Part shown: positions 24,683 through 38,000 of the stretch, piece after piece | Position numbering within the stretch: position 1 is the stretch's first letter | Layout: each line of letters opens with the position of its first letter | Source: Eledone cirrhosa | Lineage: Eukaryota | Direction of reading: 5' to 3' | NCBI GenBank assembly: GCA_964016885.1 | Contig: OZ024744.1 | Span: 107,136,001 to 107,200,000, forward strand | Length of the DNA: 64,000 nucleotides | Made by a program: the position numbers and the translations under genes | The notes under the pieces: generated by a model | What the model was told of the DNA's origin: nothing | Seen by the model: only the letters and a program-made list of their open reading frames with translations | Databases searched by the model: none

Positions 24683-27064
24683 CCCCTATATCTTCCAGCT
24701 GAACTGTGAATCAGTGATTCCCATAAGTCAAGTTAATCCCTATATCTTCCAGCTGAACTGTGAATCAGTGATTCCCATAAGTCAAGTTAATCCCTATATC
24801 TTCCAGCTGAATTATGAATCAGTGATTCCCATAAGTCAAGTTAATCCCTATATCTTCCAGCTGAATTATGAATCAGTGATTCCCATAAGTCAAGTTAATC
24901 CCTATATCTTCCAGCTGAATTATGAATCAGTGATTCCCATAAGCCAAGTTACTCCCTATATCTTCCAGCTGAATTATGAATCAGTGATTCCCATAAGTCA
25001 AGTTAATCCCTATATCTTCCAGCTGAATTATGAATCAGTGATTCCCATAAGTCAAGTTAATCCCTATATCTTCCAGCTGAATTATGAATCAGTGATTCCC
25101 ATAAGCCAAGTTACTCCCTATATCTTCCAGCTGAATTATGAATCAGTGATTCCCATAAGTCAAGTTAATCCCTATATCTTCCAGCTGAATTATGAATCAG
25201 TGATTCCCATAAGTCAAGTTACTCCCTATATCTTCCAGCTGAATTATGAATCAGTGATTCCCATAAGTCAAGTTAATCCCTATATCTTCCAGCTGAACTG
25301 TGAATCAGTGATTCCCATAAGCCAAGTTACTCCCTATATCTTCCAGCTGAACTGTGAATCAGTGATTCCCATAAGTCAAGTTACTCCCTATATCTTCCAG
25401 CTGAACTGTGAATCAGTGATTCCCATAAGTCAAGTTACTCCCTATATCTTCCAGCTGAACTGTGAATAAGTGATTCCCATAAGTCAAGTTACTCCCTATA
25501 TCTTCCAGCTGAACTGTGAATCAGTGATTCCCATAAGTCAAGTTACTCCCTATATCTTCCAGCTGAACTGTGAATCAGTGATTCCCATAAGTCAAGTTAC
25601 CCCCTATATCTTCCAGCTGAACTGTGAATCAGTGATTCCCATAAGTCAAGTTACTCCCTATATCTTCCAGCTGAACTGTGAATCAGTGATTCCCATAAGT
25701 CAAGTTACCCCCTATATCTTCCAGCTGAACTGTGAATCAGTGATTCCCATAAGTCAAGTTACTCCCTATATCTTCCAGCTGAACTGTGAATAAGTGATTC
25801 CCATAAGTCAAGTTACTCCCTATATCTTCCAGCTGAACTGTGAATAAGTGATTCCCATAAGTCAAGTTACTCCCTATATCTTCCAGCTGAACTGTGAATC
25901 AGTGATTCCCATAAGTCAAGTTACTCCCTATATCTTCCAGCTGAACTGTGAATAAGTGATTCCCATAAGTCAAGTGACTCCCTATATCTTCCAGCTGAAC
26001 TGTGAATCAGTGATTCCCATAAGCCAAGTTACTCCCTATATCTTCCAGCTGAATTATGAATCAGTGATTCCCATAAGTCAAGTTACTCCCTATATCTTCC
26101 AGCTGAACTGTGAATCAGTGATTCCCATAAGTCAAGTTACCCCCTATATCTTCCAGCTGAACTGTGAATCAGTGATTCCCATAAGTCAAGTTACTCCCTA
26201 TATCTTCCAGCTGAACTGTGAATCAGTGATTCCCATAAGTCAAGTTACCCCCTATATCTTCCAGCTGAACTGTGAATCAGTGATTCCCATAAGTCAAGTT
26301 ACTCCCTATATCTTCCAGCTGAACTGTGAATCAGTGATTCCCATAAGTCAAGTTACTCCCTATATCTTCCAGCTGAACTGTGAATCAGTGATTCCCATAA
26401 GCCAAGTTACTCCCTATATCTTCCAGCTGAATTATGAATCAGTGATTCCCATAAGTCAAGTTAATCCCTATATCTTCCAGCTGAATTATGAATCAGTGAT
26501 TCCCATAAGTCAAGTTAATCCCTATATCTTCCAGCTGAACTGTGAATCAGTGATTCCCATAAGCCAAGTTACTCCCTATATCTTCCAGCTGAACTGTGAA
26601 TCAGTGATTCCCATAAGTCAAGTTACTCCCTATATCTTCCAGCTGAACTGTGAATCAGTGATTCCCATAAGTCAAGTTACCCCCTATATCTTCCAGCTGA
26701 ACTGTGAATCAGTGATTCCCATAAGTCAAGTTACTCCTTATATCTTCCAGCTGAACTGTGAATCAGTGATTCCCATAAGTCAAGTTACTCCCTATATCTT
26801 CCAGCTGAACTGTGAATCAGTGATTCCCATAAGCCAAGTTACTCCCTATATCTTCCAGCTGAATTATGAATCAGTGATTCCCATAAGTCAAGTTAATCCC
26901 TATATCTTCCAGCTGAATTATGAATCAGTGATTCCCATAAGTCAAGTTAATCCCTATATCTTCCAGCTGAACTGTGAATCAGTGATTCCCATAAGTCAAG
27001 TTACTCCCTATATCTTCCAGCTGAACTGTCAATAAGTGATTCCCATAAGTCAAGTTACCCCCTA
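24683..27064. repeat. 54-bp satellite, about 44 copies
   Basis: ccctatatcttccagctgaactgtgaatcagtgattcccataagtcaagttact; highly homogeneous. Confidence 0.97.
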
Positions 27065-27095
27065 AATAACCACAACAATAAGAACCTACATTTAC

Positions 27096-27174
27096 CCAAG
27101 ACCTTTCTTGCAGACGGTATCTTAGAAAATGGTACATCTTTCTTTAGCTTGGACTTTTCTTCATTTTTTTCATC
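27096..27174 (-). CDS. PPP4R4: PPP4R4-like exon (79 bp)
   Basis: Polypyrimidine tract plus aag acceptor, gtaaat donor, phase 0-1; DEKNEEKSKLKKDVPFSKIPSARKVL. Confidence 0.75.
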
Positions 27175-27499
27175 CTTTGAAATACAAGAAAATAACAACT
27201 GACGTTAAGTTTGAAATAATTAAATTGTTTAACTGATGGTGATGATGATGGTAATGATGATGATGGTAATGTTGATGATTGTGATGATGATGATGGTGGT
27301 GGTGATGATGGCGATGATATAATAAAAATAAAATTGAAAAAATAGACTATAGGTGTGTTTTACACAACAGAGTATAGGTGTGTTTACACAATATTGTGGG
27401 CTGTTATTTTGTCACCTGTCTCAACATTTAACAACTCATTTAAAGTCAATATTCTTCATTTTTATGTGTTAAGTTTCATATTTTATTCCTATTTCACGG

Positions 27500-27665
27500 A
27501 CACACTGGAAGAGGAAGACCAAGGTTAACATATGTTGATGCCCTAAGGACATACACTGGTCTGTTGGAGACGCAGGACATGGCAGCGATAATAAGGGACA
27601 GAGACCGCTGGAGAGAACTCGTCCATGGATCTCGGGAATTTTACTCGCCCTAGATAGATAGATAA
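27500..27665 (+). mobile_element. Short LINE (RTE-like) 3' end
   Basis: GRGRPRLTYVDALRTYTGL...DRDRWRE-like coding remnant with a (gata)n tail. Confidence 0.55.
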
Positions 27666-27859
27666 CTTTCCAGGATAACACCTCTGCACCTCAGACCCCC
27701 CAACCCAATACATGCTGACATGACCTTGCACCCACCTCCCTTTCCTGCCTGTTGTTCTTCATACCACCACATGGTCCCATCTTACATCACTTACTCCCGC
27801 CTCCCTGAGATAATTAAGGATTAACGTAGGTTATGATTCATAGAACAGATTTAAAATGA

Positions 27860-28620
27860 TCGCTCGGGGTAGACATGGGCCTCGTAAGCCATAGTGAAAG
27901 CAACCGGTCTAGGAAGGCAGTAACTCTGATTATAGACTACTGCACGGGGTAGAGATGGGTCCTGTAAGCTGTAGTGAGGGCAACCCATCTAGGAGAGTAG
28001 ACACTCCAAACAAAAACTAACACAGTGTGGCGAGGACCCTTGAGTCCAGTAAGACAACTTCTCTAGTGATGGTGGCACAAATAATACACTCAGTCCACAC
28101 TGTAAGATGTTTGGTGATAGGAAGGGCATCCAGGCAGAAAACCCTGCCACCCCGATTAAATATAAGTTTAGAAAGACCCTATGGGATGCATTTGATGAGA
28201 AGGATGACAAGCTAGATACCTATGGTGTAGAGGACAACTGGAAATTCTTACACAACAACCTTTTGTGAACTACTAGTGAGACTTACACCTGGAGTAAAGC
28301 ATCACACAGGCAGAGGGTGACACCTGGTGGTGGAACAGCTCAGTAGAGGCAGCCACTAAAGCTAAGAGACAGACATGGAAAGACTGGAAAAATTGGGGTA
28401 GCAGAGACTGATACCAAGTAGCTAAGAAAGAAACTAGATGACAGGCATACCCAGCTTGGAGAGAGGGTGAAGAAAGAAAGTTTGCCAACGTCCTGAGGGG
28501 TGAGGATCAGAGATGTGAAGTGTTCTGCATATCAAGTCAGTGTGTCAGTGTAAATCGAGATGTGGAAAAGTTTATTACAAATGACACTGGTGCTCAAAAG
28601 AAAGAGGCCTGGAAATTCAA
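27860..28620 (+). mobile_element. Older, internally deleted relative of the RTE at 31108
   Basis: 5' UTR motif cccttgagtccagtaagaca...ggtggcacaaataa...aggaagggcatcc and ORF remnants (NWKFL, VTWWWNSSV, KKEAWK) collinear with 31140-32600. Confidence 0.8.
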
Positions 28621-31077
28621 AACGGCAACACACTCACATACACGTAATCATATACATACAAACATACCCATACATACACATACATATCAGCCACTTCCAA
28701 AAGCCAGTTTCATCCAAAAGTCTGACCACCATTCTTTATATATTTGCACACAAATACACACATTCAGCTTTTCGCTTTTATTCATTGTTTTTTTTTCTTT
28801 TAGCAGTCTGTCACCATTCATCTATTTTTTTGTTTTTGTATTTGTTTTGGGTTTTTTACTTTAGTGACACCAGTTACACATGGTGCTAGGAATTCGCTTG
28901 GTGTTGCCAAAGTAGAAAAAAGTGTTTTTTTTAATTTTTGAAAATTTGAAAGAAAAAAAAAGGGATAAATGCCCACTGCCCACCTGAGTATATTCACCCC
29001 CCCCCCCAATGAAATGAAAACTCCCAACGTCCCCTTTCAACACTACAGTGCCCACAAGGGGGCGCTAACACCCATGTTGGGAAACACTGCGTTAAATGGG
29101 TGATGATGATGATCATCACCTAAAAGGATTAATTGTATCCTCTGCTGTTTCCATTCAACCCTTTACCATCTACATTACTCTATATATACTATTGTATTTT
29201 CACAGTAAAGGTTTTATCTCACATATCTACATTACTCTATATATACTATTGTATTTTCACAGTAAAGGTTTTATCTCACATAATATCTACATTACTCTAT
29301 ATTTACTATTGTATTTTCACAGTAAAGGTTTTATCTCACATAATATCTACATTACTCTATATTTACTGTTGTATTTTCACAGTAAAGGTTTTATCTCACA
29401 TAATATCTACATTACTCTATATTTACTATTGTATTTTCACAGTAAAGGTTTTACCTCACATAATATCTACATTACTCTATATTTACTATTGTATTTTCAC
29501 AGTAAAGGTTTTATCTCACATAATATCTACATTACTCTATATTTACTATTGTATTTTCACAGTAAAGGTTTTACCTCACATAATATCTACATTACTCTAT
29601 ATTTACTATTGTATTTTCACAGTAAAGGTTTTATCTCACATAATAACTACATTACTCTATATTTACTATTGTATTTTCACAGTAAAGGTTTTATCTCACA
29701 TAATATCTACATTATTCTATATTTACTATTGTATTTTCACAGTAAAGGTTTTATCTCACATAATATTTACATTACTCTATATTTACTATTGTATTTTTAC
29801 AGTAAAGGTTTTATCTCACATAATAACTACATTACTCTATATTTACTATTGTATTTTCACAGTAAAGGTTTTATCTCACATAATATATGTGTTGTATATG
29901 TGTTGTTATTTCTGCTTGCATTTTGCATATATACATATATATATATATATATATGCTTGCGTGGACCCCTCTCAAAATTCGTTGGATTTTCTAATTGGAT
30001 ACCCCAACACTGGATACCAACACTGAATACACCTGAACTTCTACCAGGAAATCTTTCGTTGTCATTTCTGCTTGCATTTTACATATATAGATATATATAT
30101 CAATGGTTGCGTGGACCCCTCTTAAAGATTCGTTGGATTTTCTAATTGGATACCCCGAAACTGGATACCAATCACTGAATACACCTGAACTTCTACCAGG
30201 AAATCTTTCATATCAGTGAAAATTTTCTTTTCTTTGCTTCATATATATTATATATACTTGGCCGCCATTGCAAAAGGCCATAAATTCAAAATTTTGAAGA
30301 GAGAGGAAAAGAGAGAAGTGATCTATGAACTTGTAACATCTCACTGACCCCCCCCCCCGTCACCACAATAACAATAACGCCTACACTCGCTCCCCACCAT
30401 CACCACATTACTCTAAGGTCGCTGTCCTGTCCCCTGTTGACATACTGCTGACTATCTTTTGATGTATGTATGTGTATATACATATGTGTATGTGTGTGTA
30501 TATGTGTATATCTCTGTGGATGCGACCAGATTTCAACACAGCAACAACTACAACAACAACAGCAGCAACACCAACAACAACAACAACAGCAACAACACCA
30601 TCGTCTGTGTTGAATGTGTGTGTATGTATTTGTATATATGCGACAGCAATAACAGCATCAACACCATTGTCTGCAGCAACAGCAGCAGTGAAATGAAGGA
30701 CAACAACAACAGTAACAACTACAGCACCAACAACTGTCACCACCATCACTGACCATCCACCACCACCACGCTGATACCATCCACCACCACCACACTGACA
30801 CCATCCACCACCGCCATTACCAGCGTAAACAAACAATTATTATTGTTATTGTTATTATATACAAGCCGAACTGGACTGGGAAAGGTCAACAGTTGACATG
30901 ATAGTGATTTTGACGATTTTGACTTTGATTTTGATTTTGTATCAGAACTGTCGGTAATATATGTATATATATATATGTGTTTGTGAGTTGTGTGTGTGAT
31001 TGTATGCATGAATGAGTGTTGGTATGTGTGGTTGTGGTTTGTATGCATGAGTATTAGTGTGTGAGTCGTGTCAATAA

Positions 31078-31107
<30 letters not shown>

Positions 31108-31110
<3 letters not shown>

Positions 31111-34100
31111 GACCATGCTGTAAAATGGAGGGGTAGAGAGGGCCCTTGAGTCTAGTAAGACATCCTCTCTAGTGCTGGTGGCACAAATAAAAGCACCCAG
31201 TCCATGCTGTAAAGTGGCGCTGGTGTTAGGAAGGGCATCCAACCAGTGTATCAATGCCAAAAAGCTTATCAGCACAGCAACAAAACAGCATAGAAAAAAA
31301 TATGAAGACGTCGCATCTCAGAGTTGCAACACTTAATGTTGGCACTCTCAGAGGTAGATCTGGTGAAATAGCGGAGATGCTGGAGAGAAGGCAGGTGGAT
31401 GTGTGCTGCGTGCAAGAGGTGAGATGGAGAGGTGCCTCTGCGAGACTAGTCGTAGGCAAGCGTCTTAGCTATAAGCTATTCTGGGTAGGTAAGGATGATG
31501 GGTTAGGGGGAGTAGGCATTTTCCTGGCTGAGAAATGGATCAATAAGACAATAGAGGTAGTTCGAGTTAGTAATCGAATAATTAAGCTTAGATTAGTTGT
31601 AGGTAGGAGACTACTGACAATCATCTCGGTCTATGCTCCCCAAGCAGGCCTAGGCAAAGATGAGAAAGACTGCTTTTATGAGCAACTTTTGCAAACAACC
31701 ACAATGACAGAGGACGGAGACATCGTTATGCTAGCAGGAGACTTCAATGGTCATGTTGGACAGCTCCAGGATGGTTACACTGGGGTACATGGTGGGCATG
31801 GTTACGGTTCAAGAAATGAAGAAGGAGTGAGACTTCTTGAATTTTGTGATGCAAGTACATTGACTATTTGCAACACAAACTTCCAGAAACCTGCCAATCA
31901 CCTAATAACCTACAAATCTGGTGAGCACATAAGCCAGATTGACTTCCTGCTAGTTAGGCAGCGGGACAGGCAGATAGTGTCTAATACCAAGGCATACCCT
32001 GGGGAAGAATGTACCCCACAGCATAGGTTAGTTGTTAGTGATATCTCAGTAAGCAAGAGATGGAATGAGCCATATAGGAAGGTGTGGAGAAGAAAGGTCT
32101 GGAAGCTAAAAGACCTTTCACTAAAATTCAAATTTAGGAAAGCCCTTCAAGATGTATATGACGAAAAAGAAGACGATTTAGAGATGTATGACATAGATAA
32201 TAACTGGAAGTTCTTACGTGACAACTTGCTGAAGGCTACTGATGAAACTTGTGGCTGGAGCAGAGCCCCAACCAGACAGAGAGTGACCTGGTGGTGGAAC
32301 AGCAGTGTAGATAAGGCTATTAGAGACAAAAGACTAGCATGGAAGGCTTGGAATAAGGGTGGGAGTAGGGAAGAATATACAGCCACTAAGAGAGAAGCTA
32401 GACGTCAGGTGTACTTAGCACGCAGGGAGGCAGAGAGTAGGAGGTTTGCCAATGTTCTGCGACGGGAAGATCAGAGGCGTGCGGTGTTCCACATTGCAAG
32501 GCAGTGTGTCAATGCAAATCAGGATGTTGTTGGTGATAAATGTGTCCGGGATGATGCCGGTGTACTTAGTGTCACGAATGACCAGAAAAAGGAGGCCTGG
32601 AAATGCCATTATGAGAGACTGATGAATGTGGAGAACGAATGGGAGAGAGAGAAATTACCCTTGGTAGATCCGACAGAGGGACCAGCTATTGAGATTGACG
32701 AATATAGGGTCCAAGAGGCGATTAGGGAAATGAAAAATGGTAAGGCGGCCGGACCATCGGGAATAGTTGCTGCAAAGGTAAAGGGGATGCTTTGGAGAGG
32801 AGCAATTATAGGGGTATAAAACTGATAGATCAGGTTATGAAAGTGGCAGAAAGGATTTTAGCACAACTAATTAGAGAAAGGGTCAAACTAGATGAGATGC
32901 AGTTTGGTTTTGTGCCTGGGAAGAGTACAACAGATGCCCTCTTCTTGGTGAGACAAATGCAAGAGAGGTTCTTAGAGAAGAATAAGCCACTATACTTGGC
33001 CTTTGTTGACCTAGAGAAGGCCTTTGATAGGGTACCCCGATCTGTCATCTGGTGGTCCCTAAGGAAGCTGGGTGTTGAGGAATGGCTTGTAAGGACAGTG
33101 CAAACTTTGTACAGAGGTACTCTCAGTAAAGTCAGGGTAGGAATGGAGTTTAGTGAGGAATTCCAGATACAAGTAGGAGTACATCAGGGTTCGGTCCTCA
33201 GCCCGCTCTTGTTCATTATAGTCCTCCAAGCCATAACAGAGGAGTTTAAGACTGGCTGTCCATGGGAACTTCTCTATGCTGACGATCTGGCTCTTATGGC
33301 AGAATCAGTAGAGGAGCTAGAGAATAAATTCCGGCTATGGAAACAGCAGTTGGAAGCAAGAGGACTGAGAGTAAATCTAGCTAAGACAAAAGTGTTGATG
33401 AGTAGAAAAGAGGACAAAACCCTGATTCCGTCAGGGAAATGGCCATGTTCGATATGCAGAAAAGGAACTGGCATAAATTCTATAAAATGCACACAATGTA
33501 GGTCCTGGGTACACAAGAGATGTAGCGGGATAGCAGGCAAACTAACAGGTAGGGAGAAATATGTATGCAGTAGATGTACAGGGAAATTAGACAGTAGAAG
33601 TCGCACTGATAGACACATTTTTCAAATGCGAGAGGGCGCTATAGAAGTGGTGGATAGCTTCCGGTACCTAGGAGATCAGATTAGCATGGGAGGAGGGTGT
33701 TCCGAGGCCATAGTATCTAGAATAAGGACGGGTTGGAAGAAGTTTAGGGAGCTGCTTCCTCTGTTGACGAAGAAGGGTTTCTCCCTGCGTACGAAAGGCC
33801 GGTTGTATGATGCCTGTGTGAGGAGCGCGATGCTGCATGGTAGTGAGACATGGGCAGCTACCGCAGAAGATATGCGACGGCTGGAGAGAAATGAGGCAAG
33901 CATGCTCCGTTGGATGTGCAGTGTAAATGTGCGTGAACGACCCAGCATAAATGTGTTGAGAGAGAAACTGTGTCTGAGAGGGATAGAATGTAGTGTACGG
34001 GAGAGGAGACTGAGGTGGTATGGACATGTGATGCGCATGGAGGATGACCGATGGGTGAAGAAGTGCCAGGAAATGCCAGTTGAAGGAAGACGTAGTAGAG

Positions 34101-34278
34101 GTAGACCATTAAAAACATGGGCGGAGGTGGTGAGAACAGACCTCAGATCATTGAAGCTCACGGTGGAGATGACGAGGGACCGTGACGAGTGGAGAGATGC
34201 TGTGCTGAATAAGACCCGTCCCACCCTTGCAAGCAGGGAAAAGCGGACGTAAAATGATGATGATGATGATGATGATGA
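31108..34278 (+). mobile_element. Near full-length RTE-clade LINE (APE + RT + PHD-type finger) with a (TGA)n tail
   Basis: APE motifs TLNVGTL, VQEVRW, SVYAPQ, AGDFNGHVG, SQIDFLL, QHRLVV; RT motifs QFGF, FVDLEKAFDRV, HQGSVLSPLLF, YADD (33275), FRYLG, LRWYGHV; one frameshifting deletion at about 32772. Confidence 0.95.
31254..34252 (+). pseudogene. RTE ORF (endonuclease/reverse transcriptase) split by one deletion-frameshift
   Basis: ORFs 31254-32819 and 32792-34252; GPSGIVA is joined directly to KGKGDALERSNYRGI, so the usual intervening segment is missing. Confidence 0.88.
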
Positions 34279-34595
34279 ATATCTACATTATTCTATATTT
34301 ACTATTATATTTTCACAGTAAAGGTTTTATCTCACATACTATCTACATTATTCTATATTTACTATTGTATTTTCACAGTAAAGGTTTTATCTCACATACT
34401 ATCTACATTACTCTATATTTACTATTGTATTTTCACAGTAAAGGTTTTATCTCACATAATATCTACATCATTCTATATTTACTATTATATTTTCACAGTA
34501 AAGGTTTTATCTCACATACTATCTACATTACTCTATATTTACTATTGTATTTTCACAGTAAAGGTTTTATCTCACATACTATCTACATTATTCTA

Positions 34596-35048
34596 TGGCG
34601 AAAGAGGTTGTATGGTGGACAAGGTTGAAAGGGCTGAGGTCAGACACCTTTCTCTCCGGCCAACAACTGATTCTTTTTTTCAAATACCACTTTGGAAGAA
34701 GAATCAGGATGGAGAGAGAGGTGCTGTACCCCAGCAAGTTTTATGAAAGGTGGGTGAAAGTGGCGAGAATGGCCCGAGTGAATAGGCCTTCTCTCTATAT
34801 CAGCCTGTAGGTTGAGGAAAAGGAGGAGGAGAGGAAAGGAGTACAAGCTCTTCGTACTCCTGGAGATGAGGGTTGCACATTTTTTCGGGGGTATGTGTTA
34901 CCCATATAAACTGTCTCCCTCTATTGGGGAAAATCGACTAACTTTTAAATTCCATCTGTGATAACATTTTACACGTTTTTATTGTATGTAAACTTCCCCC
35001 TTTGTATTTGTCCCCTTCTTTTGTGCCCCTGTGGCTAATAAAGAAATA
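34596..35048 (+). mobile_element. 5'-truncated L1/Tx1-like 3' end inserted in the 60-bp satellite
   Basis: AKEVVWWTRLKGL... resembles the L1/Tx1 ORF2 C-terminal K..IW..R motif; followed by a 3' UTR and AATAAA at about 35037. Confidence 0.6.
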
Positions 35049-38000
35049 TATCTACATTATTCTATATTTACTATTATATTTTCACAGTAAAGGTTTTATC
35101 TCATAACATTTTACATTACTCTATATTTACTATTGTATTTTCACAGTAAAGGTTTTATCTCACATATCTACATTATTCTATATATACTATTGTATTTTCA
35201 CAGTAAAGGTTTTATCTCACATAACATTTACATTACTCTATATCTACTATTATATTTTCACAGTAAAGGTTTTATCTCATAACATTTTACATTACTCTAT
35301 ATTTACTATTGTATTTTCACAGTAAAGGTTTTATCTCACATAATATCTACATTATTCTATATATACTATTGTATTTTCACAGTAAAGGTTTTATCTCACA
35401 TATCTACATTACTCTATATTTACTATTATATTTTCACAGTAAAGGTTTTATCTTACATAACATTTACATTACTCTATATTTACTATTGTATTTTCACAGT
35501 AACGGTTTTATCTCACATAACATTTACATTACTCTATATTTACTATTATATTTTCACAGTAAAGGTTTTATCTTACATGTATTTTCACAGTAAAGGTTTT
35601 ATCTCACACAATATCTACATTACTCTATATATACTATTATATTTTCACAGTAAAGGTTTTATCTCACATAACATTTACATTACTCTATATTTACTATTAT
35701 ATTTTCACAGTAAAGGTTTTATCTTACATAACATTTACATTACTCTATATTTACTATTGTATTTTCACAGTAAAGGTTTTATCTCACATAATATTTACAT
35801 TACTCTATATTTACTGTTGTATTTTCACAGTAAAGGTTTTATCTTACATAACATTTACATTATTCTATATTTACTATTGTATTTTCACAGTAAAGGTTTT
35901 ATCTCACATAATATCTACATTACTCTATATATACTATTGTATTTTCACAGTAAAGGTTTTATCTCACATAACATTTACATTACTCTATATTTACTATTAT
36001 ATTTTCACAGTAAAGGTTTTATCTCACATAACTACATTACTCTATATTTACTATTGTATTTTCACAGTAAAGGTTTTATCTCACATAATATCTACATTAT
36101 TCTATATTTACTGTTGTATTTTCACAGTAAAGGTTTTATCTCACATAATATCTACATTACTCTATATATACTATTATATTTTCACAGTAAAGGTTTTATC
36201 TCACATAACATTTACATTACTCTATATTTACTATTGTATTTTCACAGTAAAGGTTTTATCTCACATAATATCTACATTATTCTATATTTACTATTGAATT
36301 TTCACAGTAAAGGTTTTATCTCACATAATATCTACATTACTCTATATTTACTGTTGTATTTTCACAGTAAAGGTTTTATCTCACATAATATCTACATTAT
36401 TCTATATTTACTGTTGTATTTTCACAGTAAAGGTTTTATCTCACATAATATCTACATTATTCTATATTTACTGTTGTATTTTCACAGTAAAGGTTTTACC
36501 TAACATAATATCTACATTACTCTATATTTACTATTGTATTTTCACAGTAAAGGTTTTATCTCACACAATATCTACATTATTCTATATTTACTGTTATATT
36601 TTCACAGTAAAGGTTTTATCTCACATAACATTTTACATTACTCTATATATACTATTGTATTTTCACAGTAAAGGTTTTATCTCACATAATAACTACATTA
36701 TTCTATATTTACTGTTGTATTTTCACAGTAAAGGTTTTACCTCACATAATATCTACATTATTCTATATTTACTATTGTATTTTCACAGTAAAGGTTTTAT
36801 CTCACATAACATTTACATTATTCTATATTTACTATTGTATTTTCACAGTAAAGGTTTTACCTCACATAATATCTACATTACTCTATATTTACTATTGTAT
36901 TTTCACAGTAAAGGTTTTATCTCACATAATAACTACATTACTCTATATTTACTATTGTATTTTCACAGTAAAGGTTTTATCTTACATAATAACTACATTA
37001 CTCTATATTTACTATTGTATTTTCACAGTAAAGGTTTTATCTCACATAATAACTACATTACTCTATATTTACTATTATATTTTCACAGTAAAGGTTTTAT
37101 CTCACATAATATCTACATTATTCTATATTTACTATTGTATTTTCACAGTAAAGGTTTTATCTCACATAATATCTACATTATTCTATATTTACTATTGTAT
37201 TTTCACAGTAAAGGTTTTACCTCACATAATATCTACATTACTCTATATTTACTATTGTATTTTCACAGTAAAGGTTTTATCTCACGTAATATCTACATTA
37301 TTCTATATTTACTATTGTATTTTCACAGTAAAGGTTTTATCTCACATAATATCTACATTACTCTATATTTACTATTATATTTTCACAGTAAAGGTTTTAT
37401 CTCACGTAATATCTATATTATTCTATATTTACTATTGTATTTTCACGGTAAAGGTTTTATCTCACATAATAACTACATTATTCTATATATACTATTGTAT
37501 TTTCACAGTAAAGGTTTTATCTCACATAACATTTACATTACTCTATATTTACTATTGTATTTTCACAGTAAAGGTTTTATCTCACATAACATTTACATTA
37601 CTCTATATTTACTGTTGTATTTTCACAGTAAAGGTTTTATCTCACATAATATCTACATTACTCTATATTTACTATTGTATTTTCACAGTAAAGGTTTTAT
37701 CTCACATAATATCTACATTACTCTATATATACTATTATATTTTCACAGTAAAGGTTTTATCACATAATATCTACATTATTCTATATTTACTATTGTATTT
37801 TCACAGTAAAGGTTTTATCTCACATAATATCTACATTACTCTATATTTACTATTATATTTTCACAGTAAAGGTTTTACCTCACATAATATCTACATTACT
37901 CTATATTTACTATTGTATTTTCACAGTAAAGGTTTTATCTCACATAACATTTTACATTACTCTATATATACTATTGTATTTTCACAGTAAAGGTTTTATC

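Noticed and set aside
24600-27035. Long repetitive ORFs (ESVIPISQVTPYIFQLNC)n
   Set aside because: The 54-bp unit is a multiple of 3, so open frames arise automatically; sporadic stops occur and the array is intronic and antisense to the host gene.
28866-29089. hAT/Charlie-type MITE (ends tgggaaacactg)
   Set aside because: Only one TIR-like end is recognisable and there is no TSD.
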